From contig NC_086097.1 in assembly GCF_963921235.1 (NCBI RefSeq), positions 216,010,001 to 216,074,000 on the forward strand: DNA of 64,000 nt, in the 5' to 3' direction. The translations under genes and the position numbers were made by a program. Under the pieces are notes generated by a model. That model did no database searches, was not told the DNA's origin, and worked only from the letters and a program-made list of their open reading frames with translations. Of the stretch, positions 10,476-22,810 are shown one piece after another; position 1 is the stretch's first letter, and every line of letters starts with the position of its first letter. Source of the stretch: Mobula hypostoma. Lineage: Eukaryota.

Positions 10476-12792
10476 GAATTCAACTGTCCACCATTCATTT
10501 ACATTTAAAGAGTTTCACAAATTACATCAGCTTTTTTTTAACCCCAGTTATTTCTGTTCAATATAAGGTACAAATGTTAATATTGCTGTGAATTAGTTGA
10601 TATTTGGCTGTATTATTTGCCCGCACCAGTTGCGAAGGAGACTTTGTCGTCTGATACGAGCTCCCTGCACGCACAGTACTATAGTAAATTGGGATTATGA
10701 GCCAGTCTTTTTCACGGATAACTGACAACTAAATTCTTCATAGCTCACTTACATTAGCATTTTATGAAAAGCTGGAATTCATAACAAATGCTATAGTAAA
10801 ATGAGGGATTTTATGATTTGTAAACCAAATTTGAGTGAGCTGTCTTACTCAAATAGTACAAATATATTTTTAGAGTAAGAGTCTACATACATAAATCTAA
10901 TGATCCATCCAAATCAAGACCTGTTCCACCAAACATTAAGGAATTGAGCACTGAACTGATAAAGGTAAACATTGTCACCTCTAGAAATGTCATTAAACTA
11001 ACTCATAAGCAAACACTATTCGCAGTCTGCCAGAAAGAAATGAAACTTCTTTTCTTAATCTCAAGAAAACAGAACTGTACAAAGAATAATGAAAATAAAC
11101 AAATATTTTATTTAATTAATAGAAAAGAACAAGCTTGTTCTCTAAATTAACTTTCTAAGTTCACAGTAAATTATTTCTGATATATGGCAAAGGTAATTAA
11201 GAATATGCATCAAGATTCAACACAAAGATTAGTTCAATGATTGGTGTTGAAACAGAAACTGAAATTTGGACAACAGATTACCTATTTTCATCTCAAAATA
11301 TGGATCCTCAACACTGCACTGAAAGGTCATTTAGACACATTGTTCAAGTCCTAATGTAGGGGATTGGCTTAGATGTACAAACATGACAAATGAAAAACTG
11401 TATTTTAGACCACAAGACATAGGAGCAGAATTAAGCCACTTGGCCCATCGAGTCTACGCCACCCTGAAATATTAACTCGGCTTCTGTTCCCAAGAATGCT
11501 GCCTGATCTACTGAGCGTTTCCAGCATTTTTCATTTTTATTTTAGAAGTCTTTTAGTTCAGCGATCAGTGTGCTATTCCAAAGAGGCACTAACTTTTCAG
11601 AGTGTTCTGCCGGCGAGTGTCAACTGTTACTATTGCAAGTGAAAATCAGACTGGTTATGCGATCTGGCACACTCCCTCCAAGTCTTTGGGAAGCATCCTA
11701 TAGTAGAAATTCAGTAATGAACCACTGCTGAGTGAAAAACATGATCTGAACTTTTTTTTTAAGCTGTAACTTCCAGCCTGCAGTTGCAACACAATTTCTC
11801 ATCCAAAGCCACTTTAATGCCTCTCCTGTGAAACTAATTGATATATATGAAGTTACCATTCTGTAAAGGAATGGTCTGAATAGTAGTGACAAATCTGGTA
11901 CCTATATTATTTGAAAAGATCATCAGTTACTTGGGGAGTCATTTGGAGCTGTGCTCAGTATTAAATGTGGCTGAAGCCATTTGCTTTATGTCTCAAGTGG
12001 CGGCAGCTTTGACTGACTAAAGCCGAGTCCCAAGTGCAAGGCTGCTTTCTGTAAATTGCAAAATGGTCTCAGAGTCCCCTGCAGGATGAGCAGCAGGAGG
12101 AGAAAGGCAAGGTTTCATTTATAGAAACGGGAGGAAGTGAGAGCAGCAGAATACAGTGTTCAGGAAATAACGCTTTGATCAGGCCATTTAGGCAGCACGA
12201 AACTTCTGGGAGAGTCACATGTGCTGACATAAAACAGGCTGGAAAAACAGTTAAATATGACAGAGAATAATCTATCTACATAAAATAAAGAGAAGCTGTT
12301 AATCAGAATAAAAGTGTTAATCAGAATTAACATAAGAACTTAGAATTTCCCCAGAATGGACAGCCTGCTCTGCAAATTCAAGTTCATGCTCAGGTTTAAT
12401 TGTCATTCAACCACATACAGGAATACAGTCAAGCGAAACAGTACTGACAGTCACAGATAGCACACAGTGGAAAAACATACAGTTACAAAAATATTATTAT
12501 AAAATAATAATGAACCCCAAGTCCCTGAGTGTCATGGCATGTAGACTGGCGGTGCATGGATGCTATCCTGAAATCACGTTTTTGCAAGAACCGCCCCCAG
12601 CAGTTCCCCATCTCATGCAAGTGTAACCGCAGACTCACGCGATCCAGCTTGTCTTCCCCGGAGTGAACACTAGAGGGCAGCACCAAAGGGAGGGGCCAGC
12701 TCTCAAACCAGTATGGAATCCAGTGGCACACAGGGAGCTCTGGCACCTCCTTCACTGACAGCAACAGGAGGGGACCCCAAGGCACATGGGCC

Positions 12793-13572
12793 ATGTTCGT
12801 ACAACAACCAAGGCAACGGCGACTCCTTTGCGTGCATCTTTGGAAACAGCTCTATTTCCACCTTTAGTATCTATTTTTCCCTTTCAGGGTTCTTTTGAAG
12901 ACCCTGACCTGGAGTTACAGGCTGACCGCTTCTTTGCGGGATTGGGACCCACTCTCGGGGTGTCACAACTGGCCATTATCCAAAGTGCCAAGGGCGCGGC
13001 CTAAGAGTTCAGCTCGCCTTTGGAGGCCTAGGATCTCGGGGCTCTGGAGACGGGTGGATCGAAGGTTGGTGTCCTGACCGGGGTGCTGTGGGAGCTGGAA
13101 GACCTTTGGCTGTCTGCCCAGAGGCCTGAGATCTTTGGGCACAGAGCTCAGAAAAAGCGATGCAATGGACTCTTAATATCATAAACCAGCAAGTTGTTCG
13201 TTATGTCTCCCCTCGCACTGTGAAACGGAGACATCTCTTTCTCCCTTATTAGGGAGGGAGAGAGCCTGTGGTATGTCGAATCATCAGGTGAACGAGTAGT
13301 CTTTGGGGTACTACAGGTCTGTTTCTTTGCTGCTCCTTTTGCTGCACACTTGAATGCTCGGTGGCGGGTGACAATGCTTTTTTTTTGCCGGTGGGGGGAG
13401 AGGGGATTGTTGCTTGCTGCCGCTTACGCGCGGGAGGGAGGAGAGCTTGGTGGGGGGGGGGGGATTTTGGGGTTCTATCATTTAACTGTCATTCATTCTT
13501 TGGGTTGCGAAGAAAAAAGTATTTCAGGATGTATACTGTATACATCTCTCTGACATTAAATGCACCTTTGAA
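12793..13572 (+). mobile_element. Non-autonomous retroelement (GC-rich body with Rex1-like 3' tail) nested in an older repeat
   Basis: CpG-rich non-coding body ending in GTATACTGTATACATCTCTCTGACATTAAATGCACCTTTGAAAC, resembling the other Rex1-type tails in this window. Confidence 0.5.
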
Positions 13573-14448
13573 ACATAGCTCCACCATCGTTGGGTTCTCC
13601 AGTAAACCAGTGAACCAGACTCTCAGTACTCTGCAATGTCCAATGTCCAACAGGGTCTCATGAACACAAGAAAAGCATCTAAACCAATCACTTCCACCAC
13701 TGGGTGGATTGTGCACTGCCCTCGATGCCTTCTTCCTGGGTGCCTAAAGCAGACTGCAACACAGCACGCAACAAGTCCAGCTGTATTGCTGTCCAGCAGC
13801 TCGCTGGTGGGGAGATCTGCCGTATCTGATGTTTCTGATATCCAACGGCATCTTGCGATCGTGCAGAAGACATGAAGGACAAACAATCGCACCTATATTT
13901 GGAACCAGAGAAGCTGCAGCATCCAAGTGTGCCACCGTCTTACTGGACATCCTATGCCTACGTTTATCTGGAGAGGAAATAATTCCTCACTTCCAGGTTA
14001 CCTGGTCCACAAAGCTGGCAAAGCCCTGATCAACACGGCCCTCTTATCAGAAATACTTGGTTAAAAAGGCCTAAGGCTTACCAGCTGTCAAAACTGTCAT
14101 ATTGTGAATGTTTGTGCACATCTCAGATATTCAAAAAAAAAAGGTCAAAATAATCTTGAAGCAATTTGTTAATACTACTGAAAAAAAATGTGAGCATCTG
14201 AGAGTTAGTACAGTGAACATGAGCTGTGGGTTCAGTAAGTAGATTTCTCAGCAGAATTGCAGGGAAGTTGGTGATCTGGTGGTAGACACCATCAGCAGTG
14301 CATCTTCAGAGTGCAGCCAGATGACAAATTTAGTGCTAAATCCTGAACTTCTTAAGGCAATGGGAAATAAAGTGGAGCTTGAAGAACATTTATGAAGTAA
14401 CAATCACAAAAGAGCTGGGTTTAAGAAAACATAGCTAATAGTAAGCAG

Positions 14449-14637
14449 CACACAGAAAAATTGCTGGTGAACGCAGCAGGCCAGGCAGCATCTCAAGGAA
14501 GAGGTACAGTCGACGTTTTGGGCCGAGACCCTTCGTCAGGACTAACTGAAAGAAGAGCTAGTAAGAGATTTGAAAGTGGGAGGGGGAGGGGGAGATCCGA
14601 AATGATAGGAGAAGACAGGAGAGGGAGGGATCTGGAA
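14449..14637 (-). mobile_element. Penelope-like family B pLTR fragment with decayed hammerhead
   Basis: Minus strand AGTCCTGACGAAGGGTCTCGGCCCAAAACGTCGACT. Flanked by TAATAGTAAGCAG (14436-14448) and TAATAATAAGCAG (14638-14650). Confidence 0.85.
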
Positions 14638-14989
14638 TAATAATAAGCAGGATTGCATTGATATAAGAGCAACGCAGTCATTGGTATTTTAGCAACATTT
14701 TACCTTGAAGGCCCTTTTTGTAAAACTCTAATTATTGTTTTAAACATCAACATTTACTTGTGGGTGTATGCCCAGCTTGCTTGAAAGAGAATCGCCAAAA
14801 TCATTTGAATCAAAACCACATACATAAGCTTATGCACACATATCATTTTCACGGAATCCCTCTTAGGGGAGTGTAAGTATGAGAGGGCTCTCCTTAGATC
14901 CCATAAATGATAAACCATTATCCAAGCAGTAACCTCTTCCTCTTCTGTCACCTACCTCTATTTCTCAGCTATGAAACATTGGCGGCACA

Positions 14990-15330
14990 GCGGTGGAAAC
15001 TGCGGCAGTAGCAGTTTGTCCATTATGCTGCTGCAGTAATGAAGGTGCTCCATCTCTGTTCAGACTACTGCACACAGAGATAGGACGATTCTTCACTACT
15101 GTTTCCGTGACAATCTTGTTTGACCATTCAGGGTTGTCAGCCCTGAGCTGAACTCCTGAACCTGGAGGACCAGTGGACCACTCTTCCTGGCCTCTATCCT
15201 TCCACCTGATTGACATAGGTGACCCTACCAAGAGCCAAACCACAAGGCCCTGACTCCAGCCAACATAGCTCTCTGGGTCATTGAGGCACAAAAGCCTCCA
15301 AACCCTACAAGGTTGTGGTCCTCTTGGATG
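14990..15330 (-). mobile_element. Probable RTE-clade LINE 5'UTR fragment
   Basis: Minus strand ACCTTGTAGGGTTTGGAGGCTTTTGTGCCTCAATGACCCAGAGAGCTATG...GGGCTGACAACCC resembles 5'UTRs of vertebrate RTE/Rex3 elements (recognised from memory). Confidence 0.55.
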
Positions 15331-15384
15331 GTGGAAACTGGAAGCAATTTTAAACTCCTGGGAGTGCACATCACACACAACCTC

Positions 15385-15810
15385 TCATGGTCCGTCCGAG
15401 AATACATGGTAAGACACTTGGCAGTGTGGAGGATCAGAGGGATAACGGGGTCCGTGTCCATAGGACACTCAAAGATGCTGCGCAAGTAAGGTGGCATATG
15501 GTGTGTTGGCCTACATCAACCATGGGATTGAGTTCAAGAGTCGTGAGGTAACATTGCAGCTATACAAGACCTTAGTTAGACCCCACTTGGAGTACTGTGG
15601 TCAGTTCTGGTCACTTCATTACAGGAAGGATATGGATACTATAGAGAGAGTGTAGAGGAGACTTAGAAGGATATTGCCTGGATTGGAGCGCATGCCTTAT
15701 GAGAATAGGTTGAGTGAACTTGGCCTTTTCTCCTTGGAACAATGGAGGATGAGAGGCGACCTTATTGAGGTGTATAAGATGATGAGAGGCATTCATCGTG
15801 TAGATATCCA
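15385..15810 (+). mobile_element. CR1 ORF2 C-terminal fragment
   Basis: LYKTLVRPHLEYCGQFWS...MPYENRLSELGLFSLEQWRMRGDLIEVYKMMRG. Confidence 0.9.
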
Positions 15811-16305
15811 GATGCGCGATAAGCAACTTCCTTTGTGGATGCATCATGGCTTGGCATGGCAATTGCTTTGCCTTTATCTGTATAAAACTGCAGAGAATTG
15901 TAGCCACTGCTCCCTACGACAAAAAAAAATCAGCCTCCCTTCCATAAACCATGTCTGCTTACTGTCTCCGTAAAGCAGCCAACAAAATCAGACTCCACCT
16001 ACCCTGCCATTCTCCTGTCTTACCTCTCCCAATGGGCAGAAGATACAAAAGTCAGATACCACCAGGCTCAAGAACAGCTTCTGTCCATTATTGAATGGCC
16101 CCCTAGTATGACCTCACAGTTTACTTCGTTGTGATATTAAGTGTTATTGTCTCCACTTTGTATCTGGAACTGTAATATAATTTTGCATTATTTTATTGGT
16201 TTCCCTTGTACTACCTCAATGTAATGACGTAATGAATACGGATCTATGTGGACTGCATGCAAACATGAAAATTTTCACTATCTCAATACATGTGAAAATA
16301 AACTA
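15810..16305 (+). mobile_element. Degraded Rex1/Babar 3' end
   Basis: GCITAWYG-like, KLQRIV and TTRLKNSF remnants followed by a 3'UTR. Confidence 0.6.
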
Positions 16306-16754
16306 ATTTTACCAAATCATTCATGGCATCCAAACTCTTCTAGTTGGCAACTTTGGTTTGAATGTCAGTTTTTTATGAGCTCAACAGATGAGTACTGTTA
16401 AGGATGTACCTGTAGCCATTTCACAATGTTTACTTGGGGATAGAACCTTGGTTTGCTATGTGTCAACAAAGGGCTTTATCAAAGATGACATCTTGATCAG
16501 CATATTTGTGACTGTTCAAAATTAAAGATTTTTTTTTCACATTTCTACCCATTTATTCTTTACAAGTCTTTGTCTAAGTTTACCTGCACGTCATTATAAT
16601 GTAACTTTTCAACCGGATCGATTTCCCCCCAGTCACATTCAGTATCATTTGTCTCATTTGGTATCATTTTAACTGATGTGTAGATGATGCCTTGATTCAG
16701 CTTAATGACAGAAAAGCTTAACACAGAATTATGAGAAATTTAACCACAAAAAGG

Positions 16755-17860
16755 AGACTTTTTCCCCTCCCTCTCCCCTCTTCTTCTACTCCCCACTCTG
16801 ACCTCTTACCTATCTATCACCTCCCCTTAGTGCCCTACCTCCTTCCCTTTCTCCACTTGTCAACTCTCCGCTCCAATCAGATTCCTTCCTCTCTAGCCCT
16901 TTACCTTTCCCATCCACCTGGTTTCACCTCTCACCTTCTAGCTATCCTCCTTCCCTTCCACCCACCTTTTTATTCTGGTGTCTTCTCCCTTCCTTTCCAT
17001 TGAGTCATAGAGAAGTACTGCACAGAAACAGGCCATTTGGCCCATCTAGTCCATGCCGCACTGCCTACTCCCATCGACCTGCACTGGGACCATAACCCTC
17101 CACATTCCTACTATCCATCCATCCAACCTTCTCTTAAACAATTGAATCAAGCTCTCATGACCCTCTGAGTGAAAAGTTTCCCCCTCATTTTCCCTTTAAA
17201 CTTCCCACCTTTCACTCTTAACCCATAACCTCTGATTGTAGTCCCACTCAGTCTCAGTGTAAAAAGCTTGTTTGCATTTACCCTATCTATACCCCTAATA
17301 ATTTTGTATCCCTCTATTAAATTTTCTGTGTTCTGGAGAATACAGTCCTAACCTATTCAACCTTCCCTTATAACTCAGTTCCTCCAGACACAGCATCATC
17401 CTTGCAAATTTTCTCTGTACTCTTTCAACCTTGGTTACATCTTTCCTCCAGGTAGGTGAGCAAAACTGCACACAAAACTCCGAATTAGGCCTCACCAACA
17501 TCTTATACAACGGCAGCACCACATCCCTTCTTCTGTATTCAATACATTGATTTAAGAAGGCAAATGTAGCAAAAGCTTTCTTTATGACCCTAACTAGCTG
17601 TGACACTACTTTCAACAAATTATGTACCTGTATTCTCAGATCCTTTTGTTCTACCGCACTCCTCAGTGCCCTACCATTCACTGTGCAAAGCCTACCCTGG
17701 TTGGTCCTATCGAAGTCCAAAACCTCACACTTCTCTGCATTAAATTCCATCTGCCAGTTTTCAGTCTGAAGAAGGGTCTCGGCCCGAAATGTCAACTGCT
17801 TGTCCATTTGCATGGGTGCTGCCTGACCTGCTGAGTTAATCCAGCGTTTCGTGCATGTCG
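16755..17860 (+). mobile_element. Penelope-like family B pLTR, split by a CR1 insertion
   Basis: The pyrimidine-rich pLTR at 16755-16999 resumes at about 17757 with CAGTCTGAAGAAGGGTCTCGGCCCGAAATGTCAACTG. Collinear with 39450-39790. Confidence 0.8.
17003..17755 (-). mobile_element. CR1 LINE 3' portion
   Basis: WQMEFNAEKCEVL...LYKMLVRPNSEFCVQF...ERVQRKFARM, then a CR1 3'UTR. Confidence 0.9.
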
Positions 17861-19051
17861 CTAAGGAGACTTTGAATCTGTTATATCGGGCAACTCTGTT
17901 AATCAGTGAAGATAAGTGGAAGGCACTTCCCATGATGCAAGATAAAGGGAGCAGAGCTTTTGTTACAAAAAAATTGGAAGGCTAATCATAAGTACAGAGA
18001 CATTAAGTATTCAGAAGACAAAGGTTTAAGTAAGAGATAGAGAGTAAGGTGGACTGAGATAGACATAGAAAGGACAAAAGTAGGTGTTTCCATATATGCC
18101 TGGCACAATTTTAATTCACTTTTGATGGTGTGCTTGTCCAAAAAAGTCCAATAATATAATGCAGAGTGGAAAAAAAAAGTTCAGGAATGAAACCTTTTTG
18201 CAAGAAAGCAGCGTCAAATCGGTTTGTTGTGATGTGCTAATCTTCTCACTTTTTGCATTACTAAATCAACTGATTCAATAATAAAACACCACTATCTACA
18301 TTTGAGTAAACGGATGCAGATGTTAACAACAGTCAGAACCACAACACTATCACCATCATCAAATTCCTAAATTGGGGAATTCTGTTAACAGTGTAGTGTT
18401 GCATATTGTATATTAATTCAGATTATTTGGTACTGGGTGAGTAGATACTTGCTCACAGCATTTCTTTCATCTGAAAAAAGCCCATCACATATTAGGCTTC
18501 AAGGTCACAGTTTAGGTGTGTGCTGAGGGAAATGGCATCCTTAGCACTCCCGATCTGTGAACAATGTGCTTAGGACAAATTTTCACTCAGCCCAACTTTT
18601 AGATTAAAAATCAAGTACACCCATGAGGAACATAGTGGTAGCCATTACTATCCACTGACCAAAAATTTTAAGTGGCATTTTGAAATCCATATTTAAGAAT
18701 GTGTAGAAGAACTGGTTATTTCTCCCAATGGAAAGCTTAAGCAACACACAAAGAGTGCTGAAGGAACGTGCAGCTCACGAGGCATCTATGGAGGGAAATG
18801 AACAGCCAACATTTCAGGCCATGACCCTTCATAGAAATACAACTCACAATACAATTAATTCATTTTTTGAAATTTAACTACAGACGTCATGAAAAAGTCT
18901 GATATATTCCTAACTATAGGAATATAGAGGCAGCTGATCTGCATATTTGGCCAAAATATCTTCAAGTGATACAGTTATTCTGCATTAAGTAACACACATC
19001 AAAATTGCTGGTGAACGCAGCAGGCCAGGCAGCATCTCTAGGAAGAGGTAC

Positions 19052-19087
19052 AGTTGACGTTTCAGGCCGAGACCCTTCGTCAGGACT
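19052..19087 (-). ncRNA. Minimal type I hammerhead ribozyme motif (one stem I mismatch)
   Basis: Minus strand AGUC-CUGACGA-AGGGUCUCGGCCU-GAAACGUC-AACU. Confidence 0.65.
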
Positions 19088-19132
19088 AACTGAAGGAAGA
19101 GTTAGTATCTCTTACTAACTCTTCCTTCAGTT

Positions 19133-19168
19133 AGTCCTGACGAAGGGTCTCGGCCTGAAACGTCGACT
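19133..19168 (+). ncRNA. Minimal type I hammerhead ribozyme motif, core intact
   Basis: Stem I AGUC/GACU; CUGACGA at 19137-19143; short stem II; GAAA at 19157-19160; palindromic ACGU stem III; GUC cleavage triplet ending at 19164. Confidence 0.8.
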
Positions 19169-22100
19169 GCACCTCTTCCTACAGATGCTGCCTGGCCTGC
19201 TGCATTCACCAGCAACTTTGATGTGAGTTGCTTGTTTCCAGCATCTGCAGAATTCCTCTTATTCTGCATTAAGTTATCGTTTTGCCAAATGCTTCTCCCA
19301 TGAATGCTTTGTTGCTCTCCATTCCTGATGAAAAAAACAACAAACATTAAATTAATCGAAAATATTTTGCCCTGAAGTTTTCCATTGTATTGGGCAGGCA
19401 AACAATCTGAACTGAGATTTATTTCATATTTTCTCCAATACACCATACTAACATACCATACAATATTGCCAGGAACGCAACCTGTCTTCAGAATTATAAT
19501 CAGGAAAAAGCCTTTCTGTTATCAGCTGTTAGTAAGTATACATGAACAATCCAATTTTTTCTCCCAGTAGGAAGCACCTCCCTCCTCCATCTAGCCCTCC
19601 TCATGAAAAGCCATCAACACTATGGAAAATAGATCAAATATTTAAAATGTGTACAAATCTTGTAATATTATAATATATTTACAATGTAAATAGTGGAGAA
19701 CAGAAAACTATTGTCAGGAAAAAATTAAAAAGTGCTCTTTTTTTTCTCCAGTGTGATTCTAGAAAAAGGACTTTTCTCTGATAAGCTAATAATGTGATGT
19801 GGGAAAGGATCTTTTATCTTTCTTCTCCCCTCTTCCTTCCCAGTTAGTAAAAGCAATTTAGTCACCTACTGAGTAAAAGCAAGTCATATACAGAATAATG
19901 CAGCAGATTGCAAATGGTCCATAAGTGCCGTGTGTCCATGGATCCTCAAAGTTCAATAATGGAAAACGTTACTGCACTACCTGCAATGTCAAAAATATTT
20001 TAACCACCACAAAGTACTTGGTCCAATTATTCCAAAAGAAGTTAGGGATGAAGCATTTAAAGTATGCTTTTAATTCTTGCATCTGATTAAGTTACTTAAT
20101 GGTATCGATATTTCCTTTACTGTTCTTTCATTCATTAAATGCTATTTTCCCCCCCAAAGGCTTACTCAATTTCTTCCATTGTTGTAACACTACTTACACG
20201 AAGTTGTAATTTTAAACAAACTACAGAAGATAAAAGGCTAGGTACAAGTGCACAGTTTGTTTGAATGCAAACTGTATCACCTTAAAGTAATCTCTAAAAT
20301 AAATGATATTCCACATCTGTAAAATTGAGCCTCGGTAAGTACAGATGCCTCAAATTTGTTTTCCTGGCTACAGGAATTCTGTGCTCAGGGAGATATTTAA
20401 TAATTTTCCAGGTAGATTAGGATGGGTTTTAATGGTATTGACACTCTCCTGGTATGACCCTAAGAGTAATGAAAACTTCACACATGCATGAAGCTCCAAT
20501 AATTATTTTAAACAACCTTCTGTTGTCCCTTGAGAAACTCTGTGGTATTTGTTTGATGCAGTTTAATTAGTGTCAGGGTAATTAATGCTAGGCCACATAC
20601 AGGATCTTATAAACATGTTGCTGGGTTAAAACATGGCTGCCAATCGAGCAAAACATTTTAAATTATATCATTTGAAGCATATTATGAAGAATCATATGCA
20701 CGATAATTCAAGTATATGTTATTTGCCAAAAACAAATGGAGCCAGTTATAAGCTTATTTCCACATTTGCTTTATGATGTTTAGGTTAAAGATAAGTACAC
20801 ATAAAACAAAATACCAAATACTCTTATCAGAATGCTAGCCCCATTCAAAACACTGCAATCAAGCAAATTATCACCAGAACTCTGACAACAACCGAAGATA
20901 AAAACGAACAGGTAAATGCAAACATTCCGCAGTAGGATATCTAGGTATCTAGCTTAATCCAGTGCTCCAATCTTTAGTTTTCATTTTGTAAAATTACATT
21001 TTGATTGAATTTGGCATTTGACTTGTTGGTTTGCTGTTTATACAAGTCATTCATTGTGATTGGCTAGACTATCAGCTTGGTACCAGAGATCGCTGAGAAG
21101 TAGTGATGATTTCAACAAACAATTAAGGAGTGGAAATTCATGTCAAAGAAATTGCTAAGTCTCCACCGGTAGCTTTCTTTGATGTCATAGAGCTGTGTTT
21201 AATTACAATATTTTTATACCTGTTTCTTTCAATTGGTTGTTAGATTGATTTTAAGATTATGATATATCCCATCATTAACATTACAAGTATGACATTTATT
21301 AAGATGGAGAAAAGCAAGTGAAACCTCCTTGCACTTCAGGCATTACAGCAAATATTCATTCACTCTATTATTTCTAACCTGGGTTTTCAAAAAACTGAAC
21401 ACCAACATTAGATCATGAGCAGCAGGTGAACTTAGCAACATTAGAAATTAACACATCCAACAATGAGTGTGGAAAGTTGCCAGCACTCTGAGCTGACCTG
21501 AAAGGTTGCTAAAAGTCCAAGCAGGACATATGAAACAGCAGGTTAAAAACCAAGTTAAGGGCCAGATATTTACAGTAGGTCTAACAGCTATATTAATCTT
21601 TGAAATCAGGGTTTATAAAATATATTTTCTGTTATGTGTTGCTTGTCTCACCATTTCTCAACAAAGGGGTGTGCAACTGATAAAAATGAATAGAATACAG
21701 TGGAGTTCACTTTAACTCCTGCATTTGATTTTTCAAAAATTAAACTCATCAGTTACATTTGCCCCAACAGAAAAGGCCAACAAATAATTTTGAAGCAAGT
21801 GCCACTTTTAGTAATAACCTATTAATATACTTCAGAGACCTTTAAAATAATTATTGTTTAATCGTTGGTAAGTAACTTGTCAGCACACTGGGCAGCATCA
21901 CTGGCTCTGAATTATCAGATTGTTTAAACAACATCATCTAATGGTTGAGCAGAAAATTCCTGCATCAAAATTTTGTGAATACTTTTATCCATAATTTTCT
22001 TGTTCCATCAAAATATTTGTTCCCTCACTGTCAAATTAATCCCTCTCCCTGGCATCCAAATGAAAATGAACCAGCTTGATCTTAAACTTTATGTCCCAGA

Positions 22101-22269
22101 GCTGGACATTCAATCAATGTATACACTCAGTATATGATGTGAGTAAATGGGGAAGACATAACACAAGTAAAGAACTTTTGCTACTTAGGAAGCTGGGTGA
22201 CATCAGATGGCAGGTGCGACTTAGACATCAAAAGAAGAATAGGGATGGCAAAAGAAACCTTCACGAGAA

Positions 22270-22452
22270 TGCACGGTAATTATGGGAAAGATTGAAGGGA
22301 AGAAAGCAAGAGGAAGACAGAGACAAATGATGTTGGAGACAGCAGCCAGAGATCTGGAATTGAATACCAATGAATTGATCTACTTGACCCGAAACAGGAG
22401 TGCGTGAGCCATGGCAGTCAAAGCTCAAACTGGCCATAGCACCTGATGATGA
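22270..22452 (+). mobile_element. RTE-clade LINE 3' end
   Basis: VIMGKIEGKKARGRQRQMML, the typical RTE C-terminal G.R.RGR motif, with a (GAT)n tail. Confidence 0.8.
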
Positions 22453-22464
22453 TGGTTCAGCTTC

Positions 22465-22810
22465 TCTGAACTCTCTCATTAACAAGGAGTTTTCTCCCAC
22501 AGAACAGGCGTTCACTGATATTTTTGTTTTTCACGCCATTCTCTGGAGATTGTTGTGCATGAAAATCCTAGGAGATCAGCAGTTTCTGAGATACTCAAAC
22601 CTCCCCATCTGGCACCAACAAACATTCCACAATCAAAGTCACTTAGATCACATTTATTCCCCATTCTGGTGTTTGACCTGAACAACAACTGAACCTCTTG
22701 ACCATGCCTACATGCTTTTATGCATTGAGTTGCTGCCACATGATTGGTTGGTTGAATATTTTTATTAGCAAGGTGTACAGCTGCACTTAATAAAGTGGCC
22801 ACTGAATGTA
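22465..22810 (-). mobile_element. Tc1/mariner element end with transposase N-terminal HTH remnant
   Basis: MGNKCDLSDFDCGMFVGARWGGLSISETADLLGFSCTTISR. Terminus AATAAAGTGGCCACTGAATG followed by TA. Confidence 0.88.

Larger units (their letters stand above)
18991..19258. mobile_element. Young palindromic Penelope-like family B insertion (268 bp)
   Basis: 117-bp inverted arms (18991-19107 and 19113-19229), 5-nt spacer TCTCT, 29-nt tail, and a perfect 16-bp TSD TTATTCTGCATTAAGT (18975-18990 and 19259-19274). Confidence 0.93.

Noticed and set aside
14500..14545. Active hammerheads in other family B copies (also about 17762, 33175 and 39694)
   Set aside because: Core or stem positions are mutated (GAAA to AAAA, ACGU to AUGU), so they are probably inactive.
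21100..21200. Box C/D snoRNA (GTGATGA)
   Set aside because: No downstream D box CTGA or terminal stem at a suitable distance.
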